Source: a virus (lineage: Duplodnaviria > Caudoviricetes). Taken from it: 64,000 bases of DNA. Both the position numbers and the translations under genes were made by a program. Position 1 is the stretch's first letter. Each line of letters opens with the position of its first letter. The notes under the pieces were generated by a model. It was not told the origin of the DNA, ran no database searches, and was given only the letters and a program-made list of their open reading frames with translations. Where the stretch lies: the IMG/VR virus record IMGVR_UViG_2836968376_000001; one strand, given 5' to 3'. Shown one piece after another: positions 1 through 9,435 of this stretch.

Positions 1-153
1 GGTACTCGGAGGTCTGGATTAAAGCGGCTATGAATTTGACTAATGGTGAATTCCAAGCCTGTATAAAAAGCGCCGCCAAGCGGCTGGCACCCGCATGACG
101 GCAAAACGATAAATCTACACCGCTATTATAGGCGGAGAAAGAGAGTTTGTCAA

Positions 154-1461
154 ATGAAAGCTTACAAGGGCTTTAATAAAAATTTACAGTGCCGTGGGCA
201 CCAATATGAGATCGGGCGGACCGACGAGGAGCCAGATGCAGACCTTTGCGAGACGGGGTTTCACGCCTGCGAAGATCCAATTGACGTTCTGGGATACTAC
301 GCGCCTGGTGCCGGAAGCCGGTATTGCGAGGTTGACCTCGATGATGTAACCGGTCAGCGTAAAGATGATTCTAAGCGAGTAGGAAAGAAAATCACGGTTG
401 GCGCGGAGATTGGTATTCCTGGGCTGGTAAAAGCCCATATCAAATATGTCAAAGCGCATACCACATTCGAGCATACGGACCCGAAACAGGCCACTGCGGG
501 CTATCGTGGCGCTGCCACTGCGGGCGAATCCGGCGCTGCCACTGCGGGCTATTGTGGCGCTGCCACTGCGGGCAAATCCGGCGCTGCCACTGCGGGCAAT
601 TATGGCGCTGCCACTGCGGGCAATTATGGCGCTGCCACTGCGGGCTATTGTGGCGCTGCCACTGCGGGCAAATCCGGCGCTGCCACTGCGGGCAATTATG
701 GCGCTGCCACTGCGGGCAATTATGGCGCTGCCACTGCGGGCAATTATGGCGCTGCCACTGCGGGCGAATCCGGCGCTGCCACTGCGGGCTATCGTGGCGC
801 TGCCACTGCGGGCGAATCCGGCGCTGCCACTGCGGGCGAATCCGGCGCTGCCACTGCGGGCGAATCCGGCGCTGCCACTGCGGGCGAATCCGGCGCTGCC
901 ACTGCGGGCAATTATGGCGCTGCCACTGCGGGCGAATCCGGCGCTGCCACTGCGGGCTATTGTGGCGCTGCCACTGCGGGCGAATCCGGCGCTGCCACTG
1001 CGGGCAATTATGGCGCTGCCACTGCGGGCTATTGTGGCGCTGCCACTGCGGGCAAATCCGGCGCTGCCACTGCGGGCAATTATGGCGCTGCCACTGCGGG
1101 CAATTATGGCGCTGCCACTGCGGGCAATTATGGCGCTGCCACTGCGGGCGAATCCGGCGCTGCCACTGCGGGCAATTATGGCGCTGCCACTGCGGGCGAA
1201 TCCGGCGCTGCCACTGCGGGCTATCGCGGCGCTGCCACATCCCGCGGCTCGGTGTCCGTCGGAGAAAACGGCGTCGGCCTGGTCCGCGGGGATGGCGTAA
1301 AAGCAAAAGGCGGTCTCGGGGCCGTTCTGGTGATCTGCGAGGAAAACAAGGACGATTGCGGCATCAAAACGTGGAAAGCCGTTGTAGTAGACGGCAAGAA
1401 GATCAAAGCTGATACATACTACCAGCTGAAAAACGGCGAACTTCTGGAGGTAGTGAAATGA
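154..1461 (+). CDS. Phage protein with conserved N-domain (KAYKGF..CR..QYE.G..GFHAC) and 31 GAATAGxx octapeptide repeats, predicted beta-solenoid
   Basis: 435-aa ORF, GGAGAAAGAGAG RBS-like upstream, stop overlaps next start (ATGA). Confidence 0.85.
   Translation: MKAYKGFNKNLQCRGHQYEIGRTDEEPDADLCETGFHACEDPIDVLGYYAPGAGSRYCEVDLDDVTGQRKDDSKRVGKKITVGAEIGIPGLVKAHIKYVKAHTTFEHTDPKQATAGYRGAATAGESGAATAGYCGAATAGKSGAATAGNYGAATAGNYGAATAGYCGAATAGKSGAATAGNYGAATAGNYGAATAGNYGAATAGESGAATAGYRGAATAGESGAATAGESGAATAGESGAATAGESGAATAGNYGAATAGESGAATAGYCGAATAGESGAATAGNYGAATAGYCGAATAGKSGAATAGNYGAATAGNYGAATAGNYGAATAGESGAATAGNYGAATAGESGAATAGYRGAATSRGSVSVGENGVGLVRGDGVKAKGGLGAVLVICEENKDDCGIKTWKAVVVDGKKIKADTYYQLKNGELLEVVK
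490..1233 (+). repeat. Coding tandem repeat, 31 x 24 bp (18 invariant nt plus 6 variable nt)
   Basis: Unit GCCACTGCGGGC-NNNNNN-GGCGCT; hexamers TATCGT/TATCGC, GAATCC, TATTGT, AAATCC, AATTAT. Confidence 0.98.
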
Positions 1462-1790
1462 GCAAAGTAAATCAGCTTGTCCTTGACTGTGCGGCTAAAG
1501 TGCTCCGTATCAATGAGACAACGGAAGCGGAAATACATTTTGAAATCGACGGTACTGGAATTGAGTGCTGGGGATACAAGCACGGGTATGATAATGCTCC
1601 TAAAGTTGGGAATTATCCAGAACCTGATTTTGTCCCGCTACCAACGCCAGCAGAAAACGGAACTACATCATTTGTTGGGAAAATTTATATAGCTGATGAT
1701 CTTTTCGCAGACGCAGAAACACAGCTTCGCGCCCTGCTTGAATCCCTGAACGCGCTGGAAAAGGAACTGCTCACGAAGGAGGAAAAATAA
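1458..1790 (+). CDS. Hypothetical phage protein
   Basis: 110-aa ORF translationally coupled on both sides. Confidence 0.7.
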   Translation: MSKVNQLVLDCAAKVLRINETTEAEIHFEIDGTGIECWGYKHGYDNAPKVGNYPEPDFVPLPTPAENGTTSFVGKIYIADDLFADAETQLRALLESLNALEKELLTKEEK

Positions 1791-2302
1791 TGGCATCGCT
1801 TTATGAAATCAATCAGACCTATAAGGCGTTTTTGGATCAGATTGCATCCGGTGATATTCCAGAGGAAGCCATTGCTGACACGCTGGAAGCGCTCGATGGA
1901 GAGTTTGACGATAAAGCGGACAATATTGCATGTTACATAAAATCGCTTCTGAGCGATGCACAGGCTATCAAAGCAGAAGAAGACGCGCTTGCAGAGCGCC
2001 GAGAAGCCAAAAAGCATAAGGCTGACAGCCTACAAAACTACCTTTATCAGCAATTCAAACTGCGCGGAAAGGATAAATTGGAAACGCCTCGCAACGTTCT
2101 TAAAATCCGAAAGAATCCACCTTCGGTGCAGATCGACGATGAGGACGCCTTTATCGAGTGGGCCAAAACTCAGAAAGACACGGATATGCTCACCGTAAAA
2201 GACCCGATCATCAACAAAACATCCGTCAAAAACGCGCTGAAAGCCGGGGCCGAAGTCCCTCACGCGCAGCTCGTGGCAGGCGAAAAATTGTCGATTAAGT
2301 GA
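1790..2302 (+). CDS. Siphovirus Gp157 family protein
   Basis: MASLYEI..DTLEAL..KADNIA..RKNPPSV..K.ALKAG.EV..A.L pattern; upstream of annealase. Confidence 0.85.
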   Translation: MASLYEINQTYKAFLDQIASGDIPEEAIADTLEALDGEFDDKADNIACYIKSLLSDAQAIKAEEDALAERREAKKHKADSLQNYLYQQFKLRGKDKLETPRNVLKIRKNPPSVQIDDEDAFIEWAKTQKDTDMLTVKDPIINKTSVKNALKAGAEVPHAQLVAGEKLSIK

Positions 2303-2310
2303 GGCGTGAA

Positions 2311-2961
2311 ATGAATATCTACGAAAAAATCCTCGCGATCATGCAGGATGTCCAATATCTTGCCAAAGACGATCATGTCGAATTTGGAAAAACCAATTAC
2401 AAGGCGCTGTCTGAGGAAAAAGTAACAGCCATTATGCGCGCCGAGCTTATCAAGTACAACCTGATTGTCTATCCATTCCAGCAGGACTCCAACCGCGCGG
2501 GCAGCATCACCCACGTTGACACAAAATACCGGATGGTAAACGTGGAGGACCCGAAAGAATTTATCGAAATCGCTTCCGCTGGCGACGGTGCGGACTCGCA
2601 GGATAAAGGTTCAGGCAAGGCCATGACATACGCCTTTAAGTACATGTGGCTTCGTGTATTTGCACTTCCAACCGGGGAGGACCCCGACAAGATTTCAAGT
2701 GCCGAATTGGATGATAAGGCCGAAAAAGAGGCAGAAAAAGCCCAAAAAGCCGCTCCTCAGTACATCGGCGAGATCAAGCAGACCGTCATACTCAAAGAGT
2801 TGCACCGTACCGGATGGAACGCAAAAGAAATGTTGGCGTACCTCGGCAAGAAGTTCCCGCACGACGTGCCCGATACCATCGGCCACATTACAGAAGCACA
2901 GTTTACGTTTATCGTGAAAGCTCTGGAAAAGCGCCCGGATAAGGACGCTGAACCGGCATGA
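2311..2961 (+). CDS. ERF-family single-strand annealing protein
   Basis: NIYEKILAIM..KD..G.GADSQDKGSGKAMTYAFKY..F.LPTGEDPD motifs. Confidence 0.85.
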   Translation: MNIYEKILAIMQDVQYLAKDDHVEFGKTNYKALSEEKVTAIMRAELIKYNLIVYPFQQDSNRAGSITHVDTKYRMVNVEDPKEFIEIASAGDGADSQDKGSGKAMTYAFKYMWLRVFALPTGEDPDKISSAELDDKAEKEAEKAQKAAPQYIGEIKQTVILKELHRTGWNAKEMLAYLGKKFPHDVPDTIGHITEAQFTFIVKALEKRPDKDAEPA

Positions 2962-3494
2962 GGATACAGTTTGACCGTGCACGATGGGCGCAGGACGGCG
3001 ATGGTTTTTGGCTCTCACTCCGCACCAGAGCATCGGAGCAGGCGAAGATGTTTCTCGACGATATGCAGAACGGAAAGCTCTATGATGCTGAGATAAAAAT
3101 CCACCGTGAAAAACGGTCGCTCGACGCCAACGCCTATGCATGGCTACTCATGGATAAACTCGCATCAAAACTCCATATATCTCCGGAGGAAATCTATCGC
3201 CTATATATTCACGATGTAGCCGGTAATTTTGTTATCCAGCCGGTTCGGGAAGATATGATTGAGCGATGGGATAAGATATGGTGCTCCGGTCACGTTGGCC
3301 GCATGACGGACGATCTCGGGGAGTGCAAGCATACGCCGGGATACCACAATATCCGTTGTTACCTCGGCTCCTCGGATTATGACTCCGCGCAAATGTCGCG
3401 CTTGATCGAGCTTATCGTTGACGATTGCAAAGCGCAGGGCATCCAAACCGATACGCCGGAGGAGATCGCAAAGAGGGAGGCGCTATGGACTTAG
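2958..3494 (+). CDS. NinB/Orf-like recombination accessory protein
   Basis: KRSLDANAYAW and GSS.YD..QMS.LI..IV..CK..GI motifs; position after annealase. Confidence 0.6.
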   Translation: MRIQFDRARWAQDGDGFWLSLRTRASEQAKMFLDDMQNGKLYDAEIKIHREKRSLDANAYAWLLMDKLASKLHISPEEIYRLYIHDVAGNFVIQPVREDMIERWDKIWCSGHVGRMTDDLGECKHTPGYHNIRCYLGSSDYDSAQMSRLIELIVDDCKAQGIQTDTPEEIAKREALWT

Positions 3495-4330
3495 AACAAA
3501 CAGCAATAAAACGGATTCAGTATGCCGCCGAGATTTCTGAAACGTACTATAATGCTCCGCTGATTGTTACATATTCCGGCGGCAAGGATTCAGAAGTCAA
3601 TTTGGAACTAACAAAAAGGGCTGGAATTGATTTTGAAGTTCAACACAATCATACCACGGCGGATGCGCCGGAAACCGTGCGGCATGTCCGGGAAACATTT
3701 CACAGGTTGGAATTGGAAGGTATTCAATGCACGCTAAATCTTCCACGGTATAAATGGCAACCGGCTAGCATCTGGGGACTGATTCCGTCTTTTGGACCTC
3801 CAACACGAATCTTTCGATGGTGTTGCAAAATTTTCAAGGAATCTGGCGGTAAAAATCGTTGTGTTACTACTGGGGTACGCTGGGATGAAAGCACAGGCAG
3901 AAAGGCTAACCGTGGAGCGCTTGAAGCGGGAAGAGACAATTTATTTTTTGATGATAATGACGAATCGCGCAAAGATTTTGAAGCGTGTCCAATAAAAGGC
4001 ACCACAACAATAAATCCAATAATTGAGTGGAAAAATTCAGATGTTTGGAGCTTTGCAAGGTCTGAACATTTATGTATGAATCCGCTTTATGAATGTGGCT
4101 TTTCTCGCGTTGGGTGTGTTGGTTGCCCGATGGCGCAGAAGCATCGTTACGATGAATTCCGAAGATACCCAAAGTATGAATTAAATTATCGTCTCGCATT
4201 TGGAAGAATGATTAAAAGGCGAAAAGCAGCCGGAAAACCTACGCAATGGAAAACCGCAGATGAAGTTTTTGATTGGTGGATGGAGGACAAAAACCTTGAC
4301 GGTCAGATTGAATTTGAAGGGGTGAAATGA
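3485..4330 (+). CDS. PAPS-reductase family (PP-loop) protein
   Basis: SGGKDS PP-loop, WCCK..KE, GVRWDES, INPII.W, RVGCVGCP; RBS GGGAGG. Confidence 0.9.
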   Translation: MDLEQTAIKRIQYAAEISETYYNAPLIVTYSGGKDSEVNLELTKRAGIDFEVQHNHTTADAPETVRHVRETFHRLELEGIQCTLNLPRYKWQPASIWGLIPSFGPPTRIFRWCCKIFKESGGKNRCVTTGVRWDESTGRKANRGALEAGRDNLFFDDNDESRKDFEACPIKGTTTINPIIEWKNSDVWSFARSEHLCMNPLYECGFSRVGCVGCPMAQKHRYDEFRRYPKYELNYRLAFGRMIKRRKAAGKPTQWKTADEVFDWWMEDKNLDGQIEFEGVK

Positions 4331-4623
4331 CAATCAAAAAGGAAGAATTTTGTATTGTTCCTCCCGGCCCGTTTTGGACGAATGAGCGCCGCCCAGGTTT
4401 TGCCCGCCATGAAATTTTTTTCGGGCCGTACCGTCAGAAGTCAATCAAACTCGGCCTTGTCGTTTTTTTGACTCACGAAATGCACAACACGGGGCCGTAT
4501 GGCGTACATAACAACCACGAAAACGACCTGATTTTGAAACGTGCAGGGCAACGCGCCGCAATGAATTATTACGGATGGGATACGGCACGGTTTATAAACG
4601 AATTTGGTAAAAATTATTTGTAA
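4327..4623 (+). CDS. Conserved phage protein, degenerate HNH-like
   Basis: RHEIFFG..R.KS...GLVVFL....H.....GVH..FGKNYL pattern. Confidence 0.65.
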   Translation: MTIKKEEFCIVPPGPFWTNERRPGFARHEIFFGPYRQKSIKLGLVVFLTHEMHNTGPYGVHNNHENDLILKRAGQRAAMNYYGWDTARFINEFGKNYL

Positions 4624-4651
4624 CGCCGCTTTACGGCTGAAAGGATAATGA

Positions 4652-5302
4652 ATGGCACCTAGAAACCTGCTAGGCAATGTTTTTGGCAGACTTACCGTAA
4701 TAAGCAAAGCAAGCAATAACATTCACGGGAAGGCTCAGTGGTTATGTAAATGCGAATGCGGGAAAGTCAAAATAGTTTTAGCAGATAGTTTGATTTCTGG
4801 GAAAACTAGGAGTTGTGGATGCCTGCAAAAAGAAATTGCTCCACTTAATAATCCACCAAAACATGGTATGTCAAGAACGCGCCTATGGACTATTTGGTGC
4901 GGAATGAAAAGTAGATGCTATTATCCAAAAAATATCGCTTACAAAGATTACGGTGGGCGCGGAATAAAAGTATGTGACGAATGGCTACATGATTTTTTAT
5001 CTTTTTTCAAATGGTCTATGAAAAACGGATATGCTGAAAATTTGACAATTGATCGCATCAATTACGATGGAAACTATGCGCCTTCAAATTGTAAATGGTC
5101 AACATATGAGGAACAGGAAAACAACCGAAGGGATACGGTTTTTCTAACGATATCAGGAATAAAGCTTCCTGTTTCTGAATGGGCCAGAAAAGTGGGCATT
5201 TCAGCAGCAACACTACGGTGGAGAATTGACAACGGATGGAAAGAAAATGAAATTTTGATGCGCCCAAATTTGAACAACAAAAACATTAGGAGGCAAATGT
5301 AA
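4652..5302 (+). CDS. HNH homing-endonuclease-like protein
   Basis: FGRLTV..WLCKCECG..SCGC..YGGRGIKVCDEW..TIDRIN.DGNY.PSNC.W; AT-richer than neighbours. Confidence 0.85.
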   Translation: MAPRNLLGNVFGRLTVISKASNNIHGKAQWLCKCECGKVKIVLADSLISGKTRSCGCLQKEIAPLNNPPKHGMSRTRLWTIWCGMKSRCYYPKNIAYKDYGGRGIKVCDEWLHDFLSFFKWSMKNGYAENLTIDRINYDGNYAPSNCKWSTYEEQENNRRDTVFLTISGIKLPVSEWARKVGISAATLRWRIDNGWKENEILMRPNLNNKNIRRQM

Positions 5303-5739
5303 TGCTTAACTCCGTGAATCTTCAAGGCAGATTTATCGCAACGCCTGAGCTGAGACACACACCGAACGGTATTTCCGTTACATCATTTTCTCTAGCAAAT
5401 GATATTGGATACGGTGAGAAAAAGAAAACCGCATTCATCGATTGTGTCGCTTGGCGCGGTACCGCTGAGCTAATTTGCAAGTGGTTTCAGAAGGGCGACA
5501 TGGTAATTGTACAGGGTTTCATCCAGACGCGGACCTACACGGACAAGGATGGCAATAAGCGCAAGGCCGTGGAGATCGTCGCTGATGCGGTTCATTTTGC
5601 GGAGCCGAAGCGCGACAGGGATTCCAATAGCGGCAACAAAAATACATATGAACCCGCGCACGGATCAGCGGATATTGACGCCGGAGAAGATATGGGAGAT
5701 TTTGAAGAAACACCGGTTCCGGATGATCTCCCGTTTTGA
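5302..5739 (+). CDS. ssb: Single-stranded DNA-binding protein
   Basis: MLN.V.L.GR..PELR.T..FIDCVAW..and acidic DDLPF tail. Confidence 0.95.
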   Translation: MLNSVNLQGRFIATPELRHTPNGISVTSFSLANDIGYGEKKKTAFIDCVAWRGTAELICKWFQKGDMVIVQGFIQTRTYTDKDGNKRKAVEIVADAVHFAEPKRDRDSNSGNKNTYEPAHGSADIDAGEDMGDFEETPVPDDLPF

Positions 5740-5748
5740 GGCGGCGCC

Positions 5749-6114
5749 ATGAACATCATTGACTATATCCCCGTCGGTTCCGCCAACGCGATCAGCCGCA
5801 AGCAGCTCTGCGCCGTAACAGGGCTGCCGGACCGGCTCATGCGCCGGGAGATCGAGCGGGCGAGAAAAGATTACGCGATACTCAACATTGACGGCTCCGG
5901 GTACTTCCGCCCAGCAGATGGCGAGGCTTATCTTACCGAGAGATGGCTCAAGCAGGAGCGCAGCCGGGAACGGCATGTCAGGGATGCCACTAGAGGGGCC
6001 GAGAAAGCGCTTTTAGGTTCAAACCGTGAGTTGATACCGGTACACTCCTACGTGAGGCGTAAGCGCCGTGGAGAGGACGAGAGGCCGCAGATTGAGGGAC
6101 AAATGAGACTTTAG
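5749..6114 (+). CDS. Hypothetical wHTH protein
   Basis: IP.G..NAISR..L...TGL.DR..R..IE..R..GYF pattern. Confidence 0.65.
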   Translation: MNIIDYIPVGSANAISRKQLCAVTGLPDRLMRREIERARKDYAILNIDGSGYFRPADGEAYLTERWLKQERSRERHVRDATRGAEKALLGSNRELIPVHSYVRRKRRGEDERPQIEGQMRL

Positions 6115-6125
6115 AAGGTGAGAAA

Positions 6126-6914
6126 TTGCCGAACCGAATTTTAAAAGAATCAATTTGCACAAGCGACAGCATAGACCATCTGAGCATCGAGGCGGAACGT
6201 CTCTTTTATCGACTAATCGTAAATTGTGATGATTTCGGACTGCTGGATGCCAGGCTCCCAATCGTCAAAAGCAAGTGCTTCCCGCTGAAATCATCTGATA
6301 TCACAGACGATCAACTGAAATCATGGCTTTCCGAATTGGAAGCGCAAAATATGATCTTTTTCTATGAAAACTCCGGCCATGAATACCTGAAAATGTCAAG
6401 CTGGGAGCGGCACCAGCAGACCAGAGCACACCGCTCGAAGTGCCCGCTCCCCAATGATGAAAGAAGCCACATGAAATCAGATGATATCATCGGAAATCAG
6501 ATGTTTCAAAAATCGCCCGATACACGATACACGATACACGATACACGAAATACCCCTATAGCCCCCACAGGGGGCGAGAAAGAGGGACCTCAAGGCGAGA
6601 GCCTACCGGTTCAAACGGCCACAGGAGCGGAGAAATTCGCTGGCCGCTCCATGACTCTCGAGGATCGCTTTAATCGCTTCTGGAAAGCATATCCAAAAAA
6701 AGTTGGCAAGGGCGCGGCTGAACGCTCGTTCAAAAAATACAAGCCAAACGAAGTTTTGCTTGTTGCCATGTTGGAGGCCCTGAAGCTTCAACGACGATCA
6801 GATCAGTGGCAGCGCGACGGCGGGCAATACATCCCGAACCCGGCGACCTGGTTGAATCAAAAGCGCTGGGAAGATGAAGCCCATCCGGGCAGAAAGGACG
6901 ATTTTTTACCATGA
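6126..6914 (+). CDS. Phage replication initiator
   Basis: TTG start; RLFYRLI..DDFG N-domain, FW.AYPKKVGK..YIPNPATWLNQ.RWED C-domain; precedes helicase. Confidence 0.85.
   Translation: MPNRILKESICTSDSIDHLSIEAERLFYRLIVNCDDFGLLDARLPIVKSKCFPLKSSDITDDQLKSWLSELEAQNMIFFYENSGHEYLKMSSWERHQQTRAHRSKCPLPNDERSHMKSDDIIGNQMFQKSPDTRYTIHDTRNTPIAPTGGEKEGPQGESLPVQTATGAEKFAGRSMTLEDRFNRFWKAYPKKVGKGAAERSFKKYKPNEVLLVAMLEALKLQRRSDQWQRDGGQYIPNPATWLNQKRWEDEAHPGRKDDFLP
6473..6548. repeat. Iteron-like repeats in initiator linker (candidate phage origin)
   Basis: GAAATCAGATG x2 then CGATACA x4 (6518-6545). Confidence 0.6.
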
Positions 6915-8128
6915 TCATGAATATTGAGGCCGAGCAATCTCTGATCGGCAGCATCCTTCTCGGAGGGGCCAAAACGATGGCGGAGATTCAGTTGATCATC
7001 GAGCCAACAGACTTTCAGGTTCCGGAAATGCAGACGATCTACGCGGCATGCCTAAAGCTGTATTTGCAAAACAAGCCGATTGATGCTGTTTCCGTGCTAG
7101 CGCTGACTGGGGAAGAATACAAAACCACCATCATCCCCGCCGCTCAGATTGTACCTTCCGCCAGACATGCCGCAGAGTACGCGAGGATCGTCCGTGAGGC
7201 CGCGCAAAAGACACGGGCTTATAGTTTGACCATTGAGCTTGCCGACGATTTACAGCGCAACACAGAGGCGGGGGAATGCCAGCGGAAGGCAGAGGAAGTT
7301 TTGAAATGCTTCGATGAGCCGAAACAGGAGGACACCGTTTCCGCCGAGGAAATGTATATGCGCTTCTTCGACCGGCAGGATAGCCCGAGGGAGTACATAC
7401 ACACCGGATTCTCAAGACTGGACAAATACACTTACATCGAGCGGGGGGATTACATCATCGTCGGTGGCCGTCCGAGCGCAGGGAAAACCGCTTTTACCCT
7501 CCAGATGATGCGGAATATTTCCAGAAAATACACCACAATTTATTTTTCGCTTGAAACAAATAACGAAAAGCTCGGGGACCGGCTGATTGGCGGGTTCAAT
7601 GAGGTCTCACTTTCAGGAATCAAAACCAATTCAATCACCGACGAGGAATGGCAAAGGATTACAAATGGCTACAATGAATTTAAAAAATTAAATTTTTACA
7701 CAGTCCGAGCAGCGGGGTATTCCCTAGCACAAATTCAGGCAAAGGCATTACAACTTCACGCGGAGGTAATTTTCATAGATTACGTTACCCTGATCCGGCA
7801 AAGCGGCGAAAGCCTCGTGGACAGGGCCACAAAGATTTCAATGGGCCTGCACACCTTAGCCCAGCGGAACGGGATCACAGTCTTTGCCCTCTCGCAACTC
7901 AACCGCGCCGGTAAAGCCGCGCCTGATATGACGGCCCTAAGAGATTCCGGCCAGTTCGAGCAGGATGCCGATGATGTTTTTCTTATAGAGTACGACGAGG
8001 ATAAACCGGAGGAGCGCGTTTTGAAGATCGCAAAAAATAAGGAGGGGCGCTGCGGTTGCATTCAACTGGAATTTCAACCGAAGATTCAGAAGTTTTCGGA
8101 GGTTGAGACAAGATATGACGAAACTTGA
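6911..8128 (+). CDS. dnaB: DnaB-like replicative helicase
   Basis: EAEQSLIGS, GRPSAGKT Walker A, IFIDY, LSQLNR, LRDSGQFEQDAD, IAKNKEG. Confidence 0.95.
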   Translation: MIMNIEAEQSLIGSILLGGAKTMAEIQLIIEPTDFQVPEMQTIYAACLKLYLQNKPIDAVSVLALTGEEYKTTIIPAAQIVPSARHAAEYARIVREAAQKTRAYSLTIELADDLQRNTEAGECQRKAEEVLKCFDEPKQEDTVSAEEMYMRFFDRQDSPREYIHTGFSRLDKYTYIERGDYIIVGGRPSAGKTAFTLQMMRNISRKYTTIYFSLETNNEKLGDRLIGGFNEVSLSGIKTNSITDEEWQRITNGYNEFKKLNFYTVRAAGYSLAQIQAKALQLHAEVIFIDYVTLIRQSGESLVDRATKISMGLHTLAQRNGITVFALSQLNRAGKAAPDMTALRDSGQFEQDADDVFLIEYDEDKPEERVLKIAKNKEGRCGCIQLEFQPKIQKFSEVETRYDET

Positions 8129-8270
8129 GGCCCTGAAAGCCTGTGTTTGGCTTGAATGCATCGTAGAGTCTGGTAATCGCAGCAATATTTTCGAACGCGA
8201 AGAGGCAATTAAAAAGATCAGGGGAATTCAATCCATGCTGGCAAGGCTCCCGGATGAGGCGGAAGAATGA
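8115..8270 (+). CDS. Small hypothetical protein (51 aa, not in ORF track)
   Basis: MTKLEALKACVWLECIV..DEAEE; fills gap and is coupled to next gene. Confidence 0.55.
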   Translation: MTKLEALKACVWLECIVESGNRSNIFEREEAIKKIRGIQSMLARLPDEAEE

Positions 8271-8611
8271 GCACTGTATTTATTCCAGGATTTAAATTTG
8301 GAAATCAAAGGCATAGCAAATACAATGCCGTTAAGACAACGGTTGATGGAATTACATTTGACAGCAAGGCCGAGGCGAAGCGGTACACAGAGCTAAAGCT
8401 AATGCTTCGGACCGGCCAGATCAAGAGTTTCAATCGGCAGCCGTCGTTTATCCTCTCTGGCGGGATCCGCTACCGCCCCGATTTCATAGTGTGGGATGGG
8501 TCTAGGGTATGGGTTGAGGATGTCAAGGGGATGGAAACCGCAGCATTCAAAGTCAAGGCTGCGGAATTCCGGGAAAAATATCCATATTTTGAACTGAGGA
8601 TCGTCCGATGA
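8267..8611 (+). CDS. DUF1064-family PD-(D/E)XK endonuclease (likely resolvase)
   Basis: SKYNA.KT.VDGITFDSK.EA.RY..Y.PDF..VEDVKG. Confidence 0.85.
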   Translation: MSTVFIPGFKFGNQRHSKYNAVKTTVDGITFDSKAEAKRYTELKLMLRTGQIKSFNRQPSFILSGGIRYRPDFIVWDGSRVWVEDVKGMETAAFKVKAAEFREKYPYFELRIVR

Positions 8612-8781
8612 AGCAATACACCGAAGTCTGTTATCACTGCCACCGCGAGTATCCATCCTGTGAAATCCGTACTTGCCCGGTAAAGCAAAAGCCGGTATGC
8701 CGGTACTGCTGCATGAAGTGTGGAAAGCATACGGAAGTTGGTACCGGAATCGGGTGCGAATTGATTGAGGCGAAAAAATGA
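8608..8781 (+). CDS. Small Cys-rich zinc-finger protein (57 aa, not in ORF track)
   Basis: MKQYTEVCYHCHREYPSCEIRTCPVKQKPVCRYCCMKCGKH..GC; ATGA overlaps at both ends. Confidence 0.7.
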   Translation: MKQYTEVCYHCHREYPSCEIRTCPVKQKPVCRYCCMKCGKHTEVGTGIGCELIEAKK

Positions 8782-9005
8782 AAGATAGTCGAATATTTGA
8801 TGCTGAAATTTCTGCATTTTTTCATTCTTATTTAACTTTTCCAAAGCAAGATTACAATACGTTTGGAACACTTACCCAGCAAGCGCTACGGGATGCAGTA
8901 CATGTTCTTTTGACAAATCGAGTATTTTCTTCAAAAGAGGAAATGAAATCCGAGGCTCTCAAAGATTTTGGGGTAATTTTGCCAAATGAAATATTTATAG
9001 GGTGA
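8778..9005 (+). CDS. Hypothetical phage protein
   Basis: 75-aa ORF coupled to upstream stop. Confidence 0.55.
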   Translation: MKDSRIFDAEISAFFHSYLTFPKQDYNTFGTLTQQALRDAVHVLLTNRVFSSKEEMKSEALKDFGVILPNEIFIG

Positions 9006-9118
9006 ACATCAAATGAAAAGTAAACAGCGTCATTCCGGCGGCTCATACCGCCGTATGAAAACGATGATATCTTATCACGCAAAGGCCGGGAAAGACCGGC
9101 AGAAAGCGAGGAAAAAGC

Positions 9119-9424
9119 ATGGAGAGAAATTATGTAATTGTATGCAATGAACATAAGCCACTTTTACCTGAAACCCTCTTGTTTTGGGGATTCCATACGG
9201 AAGATTCGGAAGAGCGCAACTTTGGGGGCTATACAATCCAGATTGACAAATGCGAACGGTACACCCGTGAAGAGTTGGAATCATGGCGTGGGTACTTGAA
9301 AAAAGAATATCCGTTTTATGATGAAATCAAGCCGCACAGTTTCCGCAAACATAGCGAAGTACTGATTAGCATTGAACAGCTTGAAAAAATGGGATACCGC
9401 GAAATGCACGTAATGTGCCAGTAA
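9119..9424 (+). CDS. Hypothetical phage protein
   Basis: 101-aa ORF, GAGG RBS. Confidence 0.65.
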   Translation: MERNYVIVCNEHKPLLPETLLFWGFHTEDSEERNFGGYTIQIDKCERYTREELESWRGYLKKEYPFYDEIKPHSFRKHSEVLISIEQLEKMGYREMHVMCQ

Positions 9425-9435
9425 GGAGAAAAACA

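Noticed and set aside
490-1233. CRISPR-like array (constant plus variable units)
   Set aside because: Variable part is only 6 nt and reused, the unit is in frame inside a gene, and no cas genes are present
446-1412. Long alternative-frame ORFs (Cys-rich RCHCG, ALPLRA, PQWQR repeats)
   Set aside because: By-products of a stop-free 24-bp repeat; only the 154-1461 frame has non-repetitive domains and coupling
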